Shown here piece after piece: positions 31,631 to 49,509 of a stretch of DNA of 64,000 nt. Source of the DNA: the human T2T-CHM13v2.0 reference genome, Homo sapiens. A model generated the notes under the pieces. The model ran no database searches. It was not told where the DNA came from and saw only the letters and a program-made list of their open reading frames with translations. Position numbers and translations under genes: made by a program. Where the stretch lies: NCBI RefSeq assembly GCF_009914755.1, contig NC_060938.1. One strand, written 5' to 3'. The first letter of the stretch is position 1; each line of letters begins with the position of its first letter.

Positions 31631-32041
31631 TAAAGAAAACTTTTTGACTTTTTGATCTGAACAAACATAAAACAAATCAATTAAACAGAAAAAAGATCAA
31701 TTGATCAAATCAGCTAACAAGAGAAAATTAATAGAAGACCCCATCTTTCCTGTTTCTTCCATTGAAAACCTAGCCAGCTAATTACTTAATAATTTAATTT
31801 ATCAAGTTTGCCACATAAGCATTTATATCTCATGTGCATTTTATGGCACATACTGATGACTGGCTATCTAACAGTCATTTCTAACCCCGTTCTCTATTTT
31901 CTGCTTCCTACTATAGAAAGTGAAAAAGCCAAAAATGCACTTTCTCAGGCTCCCTTGCAGCTAAGGGTGACCTGTCTTTGCTCAATGAAAACAAAGGGGA
32001 TATCTGTTGCAGGAATTCTGGGAAAGTTTTTTCTTTTTCTA

Positions 32042-32435
32042 TTGATTGGTTGATTGACAGGGTCTCACTCTGTTGCCCAGGCTGGAGTGCAGGCTGGTGC
32101 AAACTCATCTCACTGCAACATTGACCCCACTGGACTCAGGTGATCCTCCCACCACAGCATCTCAAGTAGCTGGGAATGCAGGCCCAGCTAGCTTCTGTAT
32201 TTGTTGTAGAGATGGGTTTTTGCCATTTTGCCCAGGCTGGTCTGGAACTCCTGGGATCAAGCAATCCTCCCACCTCAGCCTCCCAATGTGCTAGGATTAC
32301 AGATGTGAGCCATCACACCTGGCCTTGTTTGTTTGTCTTGTAGAGACAGGAGTCTTGCTGTGTTGCCCAGGCTGGTCTTAAACTCCTTGCCTCAAGTGAT
32401 CCTTTCGCCTTGGCCTTCCAAAGTGCTGGGATTTG
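32042..32435 (-). mobile_element. AluJ plus adjacent monomer
   Basis: Antisense Alu arms. Confidence 0.85.
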
Positions 32436-32709
32436 GGGAAAGTTTTTTCCCTGCCTGACAAAATGAGAGAAGTCACAAAACAAGCTCTCCTACCACCTCC
32501 CACCTGTGCTGTCTTCCCAACCTTTGAATCTCCTGTAAGTGCAGTATTCTAGGAGGCATGGCAACCATCTTTAATCATGAGGCAACAAGCCTAAGGAAAC
32601 AAAACAAATCCTGACAGTGGTGAGTCCTCCACTATATCCTGGGGCTGCTGAGTCCACCTAGAGCTACCCTGGAATCTAGCTCCCAGATAAACATCTTTAT
32701 GGCTTCAGG

Positions 32710-33084
32710 TAGTCGTTCTCAAAGTTAGTGGTTAAGTCAGCACATTATGATCCCGTGAAAAGCCTTTAAATTCCTGGTACCCAGGCCGTACCCCATAGTA
32801 GTAAAATCAGTATTTCTGGGAGTGTTGGGGAGCTGCAGGGTGGTACCCAGGCATCAGCATCTTTTAAAATTCCCTAGGTAATTCCAAAGTGCAGCAAGTC
32901 TGAGGACCAGTGGCTTAAGCCAGTGCTTCTCAAACTTTAATGTGCATAGAAGTCACCTAGGAATTTTGGTAAAATACACACTGCTTCAGTAGGTCTAGGG
33001 TGGGGCCTGAGTTTCTGTATTTTTAGCAAGATCCCAGTTGATGGCAATGCTGCCAGTCCAAGGACCACACTTTGAGTAGCCAGG
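32710..33084. mobile_element. Two adjacent MER5-family elements
   Basis: CAGTGCTTCTCAAACTTTAATGTGCATAGAAGTCACCT...GGACCACACTTTGAGTAGC, preceded by a second degenerate copy. Confidence 0.75.
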
Positions 33085-33516
33085 GTCACTGTTACCCTAA
33101 ATGGACACAACCCAGCTGGTACATCCTTTTTCTGGATGCAAAAGTCACCCTCATATTTCCCAGGTGGGGCAGGAGTATCCTTCTGAGAATGCTGGGACAG
33201 CAGGAAGGGCTCCTCCCTGCCAGAGGTCCATGAGCCCTTCAGCATCACCAGTCCTCCACTGTAGCCAGTAGGTTCCTAAGTCAATGCACCACCCAGTGGT
33301 AAGGAAAGTCCCAGGTCATGAGCCTGTGGACTGCTGACATCCTGTCCGTCCTGTCCTGTGCTTGCTGCGTCAGCCAGGCCAGCTTTTCTGACCAGACCTA
33401 CCCAGCCAGATTCAGCCTTCGGCTTTACCTAGAGCTCATTCTTTCTTTTGGGTCCTTCTACCACCAGCCTCTATCTCAGCTACACTCTTAGCTAGTAATC
33501 AGGAAGTAGCATTTCA

Positions 33517-33875
<359 letters not shown>

Positions 33876-33949
33876 TTAAAAACAGCTTCCAAAACACAAA
33901 GATGGCGATGTCTCAGGCTAGGGGGAAAAAACACAGGCAGAGCTCTCTA

Positions 33950-35270
33950 TCTCCTAGAACACCTTCCCCTGCTCAACCTCTTTCCTTCCACCCTCAGGGA
34001 GGTCAAGCCCACCTAGTGACTGACACAGTCCCTGACCACCTGATCTGCAGCTCTAAAACCTCCTCCTGAGGCCATCGGGGCCACACCCTGTCTTCTCCTC
34101 CCTCCTCCTTCATGGCCAACCAGCTTGACGGTTCCGTTTCTTTGATACTTTCTAGCAAAATCCTCCAACTAATTTGCCTGTCTTGCATCTCCATCTCCTT
34201 CCATCCCATTCTCTCCTGCACTCTCATCAGGCCTAAGTCCCCATCCCCGCTTTGCAGCTGCTGCGGTCAAAGCTGCCATGAACTTCAACTTGCCCATCTG
34301 GATGGTCTGGGGTGGTCCTCGTCTTTTGGGCAAGTCTGCAGCTTTTGGCAGAGGTCAGCGTCCCCTCTTTTTTGCCTCTGCACGAACTGTCATCAGGACA
34401 CCGTTTGCCTGGTCCCACTCGCTGGCTCCTTTTCAGTCTCCTGAGCTGGTTCAACCTCCTCTTCCTGACCTCCACAAGTCGGAGGCCAAGGCTCATTCCT
34501 CACTCCTCCTGCTCTCCCATCTGTTTCTCCAGGGGACCCCGCCTCTCCCCAGTGGTCAGTTCCATCTGGAAGTGAATGAAAGGTAGGTTTCTAACCCCTA
34601 GGTGTCACCTCCTCTCCCTGACCTGCAGTGGCTTCCTGTTGGGTCTCTCAGCTCCCCCACCTGACCTCCCATCATCTGTTCTCCACATAGCATCCAGCCA
34701 CCCTCCTAAACCTAAGTCATGCCACTCCTTTGCCCAAAACCTCCATGGCCTCCCATCAGACAGAGAGAAACAGGTGGACCCCACTCGTCCCAGTGACTCG
34801 GCCCTGCCTGCCCCTCACTCTGTTCACCACGGCACTCTGTTGTCCCTCCACTCAACCCCTTTGGCCTCCTTGCCACACCTCGTGTGTGTCAAGGTCCTTC
34901 TGGCCTCAGAACCTCTGTACTTGCTGTTCTTTCTGCCTGAAACACCCTTCCCCGCAGATCCGCAGGTTTCCCCATCTTACACCATTCAGGCTTCTCTCTA
35001 CTCATTGCTGTCTTCTCAGGGGACTGCGCGGAACCTTCCACACTAGTCACTCCCTCTCCGAAACTTGCTGCATGCTTCTTCCTCACACTCATGGCCCAAC
35101 TTGATTACATCAGATATTGGATTGTTTCTTGTCCTGCCTGCTGCCTGTTTCATATGTAAGCTCCATGAGAGCAGGGCCTTGTCTGCTTCATGCACAGCTG
35201 AGCTGCAGAGCCCAGCACAGTGCCTGCTACATAGCAAGTGTTGAATGAATAAATGAATGAACGAGTAAAC
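33950..35270 (+). mobile_element. Long L2 fragment including 3' end
   Basis: Pyrimidine-rich L2 body ending ATGTAAGCTCCATGAGAGCAGGG...CACAGTGCCTG...TGTTGAATGAATAAATGAATGAA. Confidence 0.7.
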
Positions 35271-35676
35271 AGATACATGTTGCTTGTGACACTCCGGACA
35301 CATGCTGTGAGGAAGGCACCTGGGCTCAGGCTGATCTGCCTAAGGGGCTGCAGTGCCCCTCGGAGCTGCTTCCAGGGAAGCTCCTATTCCCCTGGGCCAT
35401 GGCTGCTGTCCTTGTGTCTGGCTCTCAGAGATCCCCAGGCCAGCCCTGTGTGCTATTTGGATCCCGATCTCCTTCATTCCTATACCTGGGTCTCCAGAGG
35501 CCTAGGCACAGGCAAGGCTTCTTCCACCCCCAGCCCCCAGGTCAGTCTATGAACTGCGAGCACGAGGGGGACTCAACAGTCACCCACACCCTTTCCCACT
35601 TTGGTCCAGTCTCCCTGGAGGATGCTGTGAGTTCCAGCATGGTCCTTTGAGCAAGCTGAGACATCAGAGAAGCCAC

Positions 35677-36138
35677 TGCCACAGACTGAATTATGTCTTC
35701 CATAGTTCCTACCTCGAAGCCTTAACGCTCCATGTGGCTGTATTTGGAGACAGGTCCTTCAAGGAGGCAATTACGGCTAAATGAAGTTATAAGGATGGGG
35801 CTCTGAGCCAATAGGATTAGTAAGAGGCACAAGAGAGAGTGAGCATGCTCTGTCTCTGTCTCCCTCCCTCCCCTTCCTTTCCCTCCTCCCTCTTCCCCCA
35901 GCTCTCCCTGCCCTCTCCCCATCTTCTCCTCCCTCACCACCCTCTCCCTCACAGAAGAGCTCATGTGAGCATACAGCAAGACGACAGCCACTACGAGCCA
36001 AGAGGAGAGGTCTCAGAGTGAAAGCTGCCTTGCTGGCATCCTAAACTTCCAGCCTCCAGAACTATGAGAAATCGATTTCTGGTGTTCAAGTCATCCAGTC
36101 TCTGGTATCTTGTTATGGAAACCCGAGCAGTCTAACAC
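35677..36138 (+). mobile_element. MLT1 (MLT1A/B-like) LTR with internal CT-rich expansion
   Basis: GACTGAATTATGTC...CTTCCAGCCTCCAGAACTATGAGAAA...CTAACACA MaLR motifs. Confidence 0.8.
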
Positions 36139-37689
36139 ACCAACCTCCAACACACCCAGCTCTAGAGGCTCCTGCTGCCACAGGGTGAGCTGGTTAACAC
36201 TGGGAGGGGATTGGGGGAAGATGATAGACCGATAGATAATAGATTGATAGATATAGATAGATACTGCTCCTGTCCTTTCCATTCGCCCCCTTGAAATTCT
36301 ACCCTCAGAAATTCACCTTTAAGGAATGAGAGGAATGTAGCTGCCTCTTCCAAGAGACCTCCCAGCCTCACCTTCCCTAGCCCAGATTGGTCTCTCCCTC
36401 AGCTGAGATTCATCTTCATCCTCCCGGCCCTCAGCCCTTGCCTCCTCCAGCTCCTGGCCATCCTCTCATCCCAAGGGTACGTCCTTCGGCAGCTGGGCTC
36501 ATTTATTCCTCACACTGGTTTCTTCTAAGTAGGGAAGTTTCTAAACCTTTCTGTGAAAAAAGAAAGAAATCCTGCAGGGAAAGGGGTTCAAACAGGTTGT
36601 ACAACCCATCCCCAGAGTCTGATTCACTTGGTGTGGGCGTGTGCCTGAACTCTGTATATTAAGCAAACACCCTGGTCTTACACCGAAGACCCTCTGCTGA
36701 CCTTATGAAAGAGACTGTGTAAGAAATGCAGATGCCTGGGCCTCACCCCAGAGATCCTGATTCCACTGCCTCTTCCTTGCCTTGTGGCTTCACCCACTTC
36801 CAAACCCCCTGATTCTGGTGTGCTGCCAGGGATGAGAGCCACGGACTTACCGGGTGCTCAGGGAATAAGCATTGACCTGAATGAAGCTGCTGGGTTGACA
36901 CAGGCATCCTTCCGGGAGGGGTGAGTCATTCAGCCATGCTGCCAGCTGTGAACAATTCAGTCTGGGGAAATACAAAGAGACGTGGTCCCTCTCAGAGTTT
37001 CCATTCCCACATGGAAAGCTGGTGCTGGGAAGTGGCTGGGCAGCCAGGCTGGGCGCTGGGAGGAGTGCAGGGTGAGGATGAGAGAAGGGCTGTACCCACA
37101 CTATGCTAGGCCGACTCCAGGCACTGGCTGTGTCCAGCTGGTTCAATCTTTCCAGCAAACCTGCGAGGAGGGATGTCATAGGTGAGGAAACCAGGTCTGC
37201 AGAGTTGAGGTGTCTGGTCTTGAACCCACGTGTGTCCTAACCATGACATGGTCCTCCTCCAGGAACTGTGCGGGGGCAGAAAGAGGGTTCAGGGATCCAG
37301 CCTCAGGCATTGGCCTCAAGGGATACGGTGGCGGGGGTGTCTTAGAAGCCTGCTGACCAAGGGTTAGGATCTCTCCATCAATTGGTGGCTGAGGGTGAAT
37401 CCCACCACCTCCGCCCTCCACCCATCCTCTGTGTCTCATTCCACCTACTCTGGCCTTATCACCCCTGCCAGACTGTGAGATCCAGTGGAGGGGACAGGCC
37501 AGGCCCCTTATCCACATTTATTGCTCACCCCCACCTCCCCAGTTCGGGGCAGGCCCTCAGCAAATCAAGTGCTAGGGCTGTGAGTAGCGGGAGAGTTCTG
37601 AGGGGACCCAGGGACTGCAAAGTTAGAGGCAGCCCGGGGTTGGAGAGGCAGCATAGAAAAGCCAGTGGTCCAGAACACAACCTGCCCAG

Positions 37690-37880
37690 CCTCGCTGAGT
37701 GGCCCTGGGCTGGCCACTTCACCTGCCTGTGCCTCAGTGTTCTCATCTGTAAATGGAGAGATTCATTGCACCTCACTCATAGCATTGCTGTGAGAAACAA
37801 ATGAGGTAAAGTACGCAAGGCGCCTGCTACGTCACAATAAGTACATTATTGAAATACTGTTTGAACCCTGGCTATCATTA
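37690..37880 (+). mobile_element. MIR
   Basis: GTGCCTCAGTGTTCTCATCTGTAAATGGAGA core. Confidence 0.65.
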
Positions 37881-38089
37881 TTGTCACCATTATGTTGTTA
37901 CTATTATTGGTGCCTATTTCCCAGTTTGGCTCTGGGCAAGCAGTTACAGGCACCAGTTACGGACCTTGGACTTTGAGGTGGGCTCCTGTCCTGGACTTTT
38001 CTGGTCTTCTTTCCAGTCGTGGGGATGGTCAGGCCAGGTGACATTTACAGTCAAGGACCTTGGTGGATGTGGGATTTGGAACCCACTAA

Positions 38090-38252
38090 GCCAGTGGCGC
38101 TCAGCCTTGGATGCCTGTTAAAATCACCTAGGGAACTTCAGAAAATCCTGATTTCCCATTAAATAAAAATCTCTGGGGGTAGGACTCAAGCATCAGGATT
38201 TTGTAAAGCTTCCCAGGAGAGTCCAGCAAGCAGTCAAAGTTGGGAACCAGGG
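38090..38252. mobile_element. MER5-family element
   Basis: CAGTGGCGCTCAGCCTTGG...AATCACCTAGG...GTTGGGAACCA. Confidence 0.6.
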
Positions 38253-38542
38253 CTCCAAGAGAATTTCTCATTCACAGGAAAGAAAATCCTTTGGCAGCAG
38301 GAGACTGGGCTTGGGAGTTAGAGGAGTTTAGCCCTTGACCTATCAGCTACAGGACCTTGGGTAAGTTACTTACGATCACTCAGACTCAATTTCCTCATTT
38401 ACAAAGTGGGGGATGGTACCCACCTAGCAGTTAATGAATAGCATTAAACTAAAGAGGGTGTCCGACACAATAGGCATTTAATATATATTATTATTATAGT
38501 CCTTAATGGGTTATCCTTCTAATATGTCCAAGGAGATATTAC

Positions 38543-38543
<1 letters not shown>

Positions 38544-38574
<31 letters not shown>
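38544..38574. repeat. (CA)n microsatellite
   Basis: Read directly from the sequence. Confidence 0.9.
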
Positions 38575-38576
<2 letters not shown>

Positions 38577-38586
38577 TCAGTGTTCA

Positions 38587-38901
<315 letters not shown>

Positions 38902-39226
38902 ACCACAGTGCTGTGGCTGTTCTGGTGGAAGGGCTGACCTGGTACTTTGGGAAGTGGCAAGAGGCCACACCCACAGAACCTGCCTGCCATCCTGGGCCAG
39001 GACTACTGTCTGAGGTGAGGGTGGGAGCTGAATTGCAGGGAAACTATCATTCAAGCTTTTGCCTTAACAGACAAATTATGGTGATGGCTACCTTTCCTGA
39101 GTTGCCACCATATAGCAAGCATATTACATATTCTCTTGTTAAATTCTCCCAACATCCCTAAGATTTAGGTATTAATGCCCCTAGAGGGAGTATCTTTGTT
39201 CATTCATTCAAAAATATTTATTGAGG

Positions 39227-39335
39227 GGCCAGGTGCAGCGGCTCACATCTGTAATCCCAGCACTTTGGAGGCCAAGGCAAGAGGATCAGTTGAGCCCAGC
39301 AGTTCGAGACCAGCTTGGGCAACATAGTGAGACAC

Positions 39336-39372
<37 letters not shown>
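39227..39372 (+). mobile_element. FLAM-like Alu monomer with (TA)n tail
   Basis: Left arm followed by ~16 TA repeats. Confidence 0.88.
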
Positions 39373-39377
<5 letters not shown>

Positions 39378-40076
39378 GCCATGTGCTTGGTCCTTTTTAG
39401 AAGCTGGGAATTCAGCAAAGTCAACAAAGCCCCTGCCTCATGGGGTTTATGGTCTAGTGGAGAGGACTATATTCCTTGAATAATCACAGGTCAATGCAGC
39501 AGAAGGCTTTTGGCAACATGCCAGATTGCACTGTTTCAGACAGCCCCTCTCTCATTACTATAAAAATGCTGTATAAAATACAAGAAAAACACTTGAACAT
39601 ACAAAGCTGAGCTCAAGAGAAAGGAAAACCCCAGATTCCAGAAATAGTTCCAAGAACTCAAAGCCAGAAAATGGAGTGAGAGCTAAGCCTCCGGTTTGTG
39701 AGGTTTTGACTAGATATAGGCCCTAAGGCCTAGAGCCCAGAGTTCTAAAGCCCCTTCAAAAACAGGAGGCAGCCCCAGGCTGTTTGAGGCAGGAGAGTTG
39801 GAACTGATCCAGCTGAATACAGCTTGGAGCCTTGAGGAGTATCCCAGTCACAGAAAAGAAAGGCTGGAAAAACTACCAACTGGGCCTGCAGAAGGAGCAA
39901 CAGTTTTCTCACTGTAGAAGTCTTGGGTGGGAGAAAAGTTCACGTGAAAGATGGAAAGGCCAGGCCTCCCTCACTTGGAGGAGAGAGATGGACTGCTCCC
40001 GCCTCATCCCCTGCTTTGGCATGCCACTGGTCCCAGGATTCCTATGCCAAAAAGTTAATCTAAAAGTTAGTCCAGA

Positions 40077-40355
40077 GGCCGGGTGCGGTGGCTTACGCCT
40101 GTAATCCCAGCACTTCGGGTAGCTGAGGCAGGCGGATCATTTAAGGCCAGAAGTTCGAGATCAGTCTGGCCAACATGGTGAAACCCCTTTTCTACTAAAA
40201 GTACAAAAATTAGCCAAAGGTAGTGGTGTGCCCCTGTAATCCCAGTTACTCGGGAGGCTGAGGCAAGGAGAATCAACCTCACCCAGGAGGTGGAGGTTGC
40301 AGTGAGCCAAGACCATGCCACTGCACTCTGGCCTGGATGACCGGAGACTCTGTCT

Positions 40356-40386
<31 letters not shown>
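40077..40386 (+). mobile_element. AluS
   Basis: Dimeric Alu, ~30-nt A tail, TSD AAAAGTTAGTCCAGA. Confidence 0.93.
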
Positions 40387-40389
<3 letters not shown>

Positions 40390-40787
40390 AGTCCAGAACC
40401 TAGGGCCCTGACAGAAGCAAAACCCAAGGTACTCTGTACATTTTCACAACCCAGCCTCACAGGCATTCCACAGCAAAAACAACCTTCCACTGGAAATGAG
40501 TTTCCCAATTGAAAATTACAAATCACACAGGGAAACAAACCACCATAAGAGATAATCAGTAAATACAAAACCAAAGCCAAACCAAACCAAACCAATCAGA
40601 ATTCATCCCCTAAGAAGCAGGAGTAGTAGAGAAACCTGAAGTTATAAAATAAATAGGTTAAATAATTCTAGAGAATTTTTAAATAGAAAAGAAATAATAA
40701 TAAGAAACAAGATAATATTAAAAAATGTTGGGAAACAAATCAAACAAAGTTCTAGAAATGAAAAATACAGCTTTAAAAATTATTTAG

Positions 40788-41130
<343 letters not shown>

Positions 41131-41504
41131 CTAAAGACACGCTTAGCAAACTGGGTGATGCCTCTGAAAAAAATCACCCTCTCAGCAGCACAGCAAGAAC
41201 AGTATGGAAGCAACTGTGGCTAAGAGACATAGAGGGAAAAATGAGATCAAAGAAGAAATGAGGAAGGAGCAATATTTAAAGAGAAAATGGCTGAGAATTG
41301 ATCAAAACTAAAGAAACACCTAAATCTTCAGTTTAAATAAGCATCTGAAGACTTAAGAATACATAACACAAATTCACACCTTAGGAATGTTAAAAGGTAA
41401 ACTGAAGCACATTAAAATGTTAAAGAGTTTATTTGAGCAAATAGCAACTCATGAATTGGGCATCTCTAAAACAGAGGGTTTTATAGGGTGATTTTAAAAT
41501 AGAC

Positions 41505-41810
<306 letters not shown>

Positions 41811-41998
41811 TAAAACAGAGACTTCAAAGCAGGCTTGGGGCTCTGCCAATGGGGTACAAGGGGAAGGCTTTTATAGGGTGAATGCAGAAGAGAGCAAAAA
41901 AATTATTTGACTGGTTAATGTTTGAGCAATTGCCTTATTCAGACTATCCTATGGGAATTTCGAGATGATATAATATACACCCAGTTGGCCACCTGTGA

Positions 41999-42701
<703 letters not shown>

Positions 42702-42939
42702 TAGGATTCAGTTTACTTACATAAGAACCTAGGACTTTAAAACCACCTCAGTCTAATGACCTTCTACTTAATTATTTTAATGGAAGCTCAGTGGAAAATC
42801 GGGAGAACAACAAAGATAAACAGATAAATAGTACAAAGTGCCATAGTTCTATGAAGAAGGGAACACAGCCCCCAGAATAGCATGTAAGTAAGGACGGGGG
42901 AGCAGATGAGGTGCCCATCTTCCCCAGAAGCCAGGGAAG

Positions 42940-43700
<761 letters not shown>

Positions 43701-44199
43701 TTAGGCAACCAGGCTGATGAGGCTGTGAGTGAGGCCTGAAGGCTGAGGAGGTGTTAAGTATACACAGAGGAAGGGAAGGGGGAAAGCTCTGTAGAGAGAA
43801 GTAATGGCTCATGTCCAGGCAATGAGTCTGGAGGTAGAGCATGCAGAGCCTTGAAAGAATTGGAGGCTTTTCCCCAGGAGCAAGTGGAAGCCTGGTGGGG
43901 TTTTAAGTGGGGTATGTCCACAGTGCCAGCCGTGCCAGGGCTCGGGTTCTAACCCATGTCTCCTTGGCCCCAAGTCCATGCCCTGTCCCAGCACCACCCA
44001 CCTCCCTCCTAAACCAGTGGAATATTTGCTGTTATTTGTTGGTCCAGCTTATATTCTGCCCTTCCTTTGAAAGCAGGGCCCAGCTTTGATTTTTAGGGGG
44101 AATCCTTCTCTCCTTGTGCACAGTCTTGCTGGGGCTGTCATTCCAGCTTCCTCCCCTGGGACTCTGAGTTCTGAGCAGAAAGACCCAAAGATGGAATAA

Positions 44200-44650
<451 letters not shown>

Positions 44651-46154
44651 TAACCATGACCCCCCCTAGAGTGATTTCGTGTTCAGTAACGTTTGGAATG
44701 GCTAAGTGAGATGAAGGCAGGTCCTTATGCAGGAGTCTCGGGCTCCCAAATAACACTCTGGTCGGAGCTGGCGATGGTCCTGCATGCTGCAGGATGTATC
44801 CCGCTCTCTTTAATGTGAAGCCTCTTTAGCCTTATTAGTTCCTATGTATATTTTCCACTATGAGGCCCAAAACAAGACTGTGGGGGGCCTGCATGCAGGA
44901 CTAGGTCTGGGTTCTCTGTGTGCCCCTTGACCAGCACTAACCAACCTGGCCCCTCGACAGCCTAGCACTGGGGCCAGATTATCGAGAGGACATCTCCTGG
45001 GAAAACAGGCCCGAGCTCCTTGGGGGCAGGCAGGGCTCTGGATTTTATTATCTTCTTATCTTCAGTATTGTGCCTGGCACTAAGGGGCCCAGTTCACATA
45101 ATGCAAAAGAGGGAGGGACAGAGAAAGGAGCTTCCTCATCTTCTGCCTCTGAGAAGAGTGAATACACAGGAGCCCTCTTGAGCAAGGCTGGCATGCAGCC
45201 ACAGTGTGTGGGTATGCAATATGGATTGTTTACATATGCAAGTGCTTCCTTCCTGGTTGGTCAGTAGCCACCGTCCTGAGGCCCCACAAGTGTCCCCAGT
45301 GCACTGGCTGCTGTGATGCCTCCTCAGGAACCACCCTCCGCCCCGCCTCCAGGACCCTGCCCCCATTCCTCAAGCTGAAGTTAGTTCTGTTCAGTCAGTG
45401 CCCTTGCAGGCCAGGTGCTCTGTGGAATATCACCCCTGCTCATGGGTCTCCTGTGCCTGGGAGGCCAGCCGTTTCTGGCTGAGCAGTTGGTCATGGAGAT
45501 GGGCGCAAGAACCACTCAGCTGAGACCACTGAGGCAGACCTGTACAAGAAGAACCAATGAAATTGGGTGGCACTTGGCACGCCTTCCTGGGTTCTCACAC
45601 CTGGGCAGCAGGTGGCACAGTGCTTTTGGGAGGTGCCGTACTTCCTTGCTATATTGGAAAAGGCTTTGACCTTAGAATTAGAAGGCCTGGGTCCTCCTCT
45701 CACTCCGAATGTCGTAGCTGTGGGGCCTTGAGGAACTTTCCTGGCTTCTCTGAGCTCCTATAAAAATACCCCTTGCACAAGGTTGCCGGGGGAAGAACAT
45801 ATTGAACACTTTGGATCTCAGTCCCTCGCCTCAAGGTCCTGTGCTAAATCCAGACCTGTAAATATAGCAGTGAAGGATCTGCCCCCGCCTGCTGCTCCCA
45901 GAAGTACTCCTAGTCCCTGGTGATGGTTACCAGGCTGCCGGGCCGTAACCAGGTACTCCCTGGGCCACTGACAGAGCCTTCTCTCCTCTGAGGGCCTGTG
46001 GGCAATGAGCAGAAAAGGGGGTGGGGGCCTCTGCCCCACACGCCTTTCCTCTGCCCTGCCTGGTTCCTGGTGAATGTGGCTCATTGCCGGGAATTGTGGG
46101 TCACCCAGACGAGGACTCATCATTGTGTAGTCAGCCTAGACTTCCTCCAGCCCC

Positions 46155-46312
46155 ATCCCACACTACACTCACACACCACACACTCAGGCACACACACTTG
46201 CACATTCCCAGACACTCACATACATGCTCACCACTCACACCTCCACACCCACACTCACCCCCATACCCACACTCACCCCCACACAGACATGCTCACACAC
46301 ATTCCTACACAA
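46155..46312. repeat. Degenerate CA-rich low-complexity tract
   Basis: CACAC/CACTCAC repeats. Confidence 0.8.
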
Positions 46313-46471
46313 GAACATGGAAAAACCCTAAGTGCAGTACATGAAAGCATTTTAGGTTGTTCACACATTTTAAACATTTACGGTTACAATTTATTCTAAT
46401 ACGCAGTGGAGAAAAATGACAAACCTATCAAACTAGGAATTTCACAGCAGTGATTATTTAGGACAGGGCTA

Positions 46472-47103
<632 letters not shown>

Positions 47104-47745
47104 TTAAAGGGAAATGTTGAATAAATCGTGGCAAAAGTTGTGAAAATGCTACCCAATGACCCTCAGCTTTCAGAAGCCCATGGTGATGGGAGTGCAGGGC
47201 TGGGGGCTCTGCATGGAGCATCAGGGACAAGTATTAGCACCCGGAGGTGCAGGAGGGGCTGCCAGCCCAGAGGGAGATTCTGGGAGCAGAGGGAAATTTT
47301 CTTTTGTGCTTATTTAGCTTTCTGTCCCTACCTTAACAGTCTTTGCTTACTCCAAGTTTGTGAAGATAGTCTCTAATGTTTTCTTTTAGAGGCTTTAGAG
47401 TTTTAGCTTTCATGTGTAGGTGTATAAAAAAATTGAATTAATTGTTGTGTATGGTATGAGATGAAAGTCAAGATTCATTTCTTCTATATGAATAACTACT
47501 TGTTCCAGCACAATGTATTGATGTAACGGCCCTTTACCCATTGAATTGCCTTGATATCCTCATCAAAATCAGTGGATTGTATTTTGTGTGCTGTTTTTGA
47601 ACTCTCCTGTCCCATTGATGTCATTGTTTATCCTTTCCCAGTACCACACTGTCTTCATTATCATAGTTTTATTGTCTTCAAATCAGGTAGTGTAAGTCCT
47701 GACATTTTTTCTTCTTTTCCAAGATTATTTTGGCTACCCTAGATC

Positions 47746-48470
<725 letters not shown>

Positions 48471-48560
48471 AGAATTAGCTTGTTTTGATGGGATTTTGAT
48501 TAGGGATTGCATTGAATTTAAGGAACATTGATATATTTATAATATTGATTCTTTCAATCT

Positions 48561-48700
48561 ATTGAAAATCACATGAAGTGCCTAGAAATGATTTAAATGA
48601 AAGACGAGCAAGACCTGTATACACATTGCCGAGAGAAATTAAAGACCTAAGTAAATGGAAGGATGATACAGCATGTTCATAGAATGCAAGAATCAATAAT
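48561..48700 (+). mobile_element. Inverted L1M ORF2 segment
   Basis: GCAAGACCTGTATAC...GAGAAATTAAAGACCTAAGTAAATGG...CATGTTCATAGA in sense orientation. Confidence 0.7.
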
Positions 48701-48713
48701 GCCCACTTTGGGC

Positions 48714-48972
48714 CTAATCCTCCCCTGCCTCTCCACCCCACCCCCCCAACCCTCCCCTGCCTCTCCACCCCAACCCCTAACCCTCCCCTGCCTCTCTACC
48801 CCACCCCCGCAAACCTCCCCTGCCTCTCCACCCCACCCCCACAACCCTCCCCTGCCTCTCCACCCCACCCCCAACCCTCCCCTGCCTCTCCACCCCACCC
48901 CCGCTAACCCTCCCCTGCCTCTCCACCCCATCCCCCTAACCCTCCCCTGCCTCTCCACCCCACCCCACCCAC
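48714..48972. repeat. GC-rich minisatellite, 8 copies of ~31 bp
   Basis: Unit ~AACCCTCCCCTGCCTCTCCACCCCACCCCC; core CTCCCCTGCCTCTC counted 8 times. Confidence 0.95.
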
Positions 48973-49509
48973 CGCCCACAGCATTGACCTTACAACTGAA
49001 AAGTCAGGCAGTCTCAGACATACAGCATTTTTTATCCGTAAAATGGAATTTGGCACATTTGCCTTGACTAGTTCATATATTCATTTAAATAAGTTGGTTA
49101 CTAGGCAGGCCTCTGTTATGAATACATGCCCTTCTTTTGAGAAGCTCAGAGAAAAGTATAAAGTTCATTCTACAAAGGCAGTTTGGGCTAGATGTGGTGA
49201 GGACATAGAAGTCACCGGGAAATGAAATATGTGAAATCATTTTGAAGAATAAATGGAGTTGCTAGAACTTATTAAGCACTTAGAATATTCTAGGTACCAT
49301 GCCAACTGCTTTACATACATTATTTTATCTAATTCTCACAGTAACTGTATAGGCAGTGATTCTTGAAGTATAGATTGCTGACCCCGACGGTCCCCAAGAT
49401 CCTTTCAGGGGATCCACAAGGCCAAAACTAGTTTCATTATAATACTGAGATTTATTTACCTTTTTCACTGTACTGACATTTGCACTGATGGTGCAAGAGC
49501 AATGGTAGG

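Noticed and set aside
44778-44899. Short palindromes TCCTGCA-tgc-TGCAGGA and CCTGCATGCAGG
   Set aside because: Stems of 6-7 bp are expected by chance in 64 kb.
48714-48972. CRISPR-like or interstitial telomere array
   Set aside because: No unique spacers and only isolated TAACCC motifs; an ordinary eukaryotic minisatellite.
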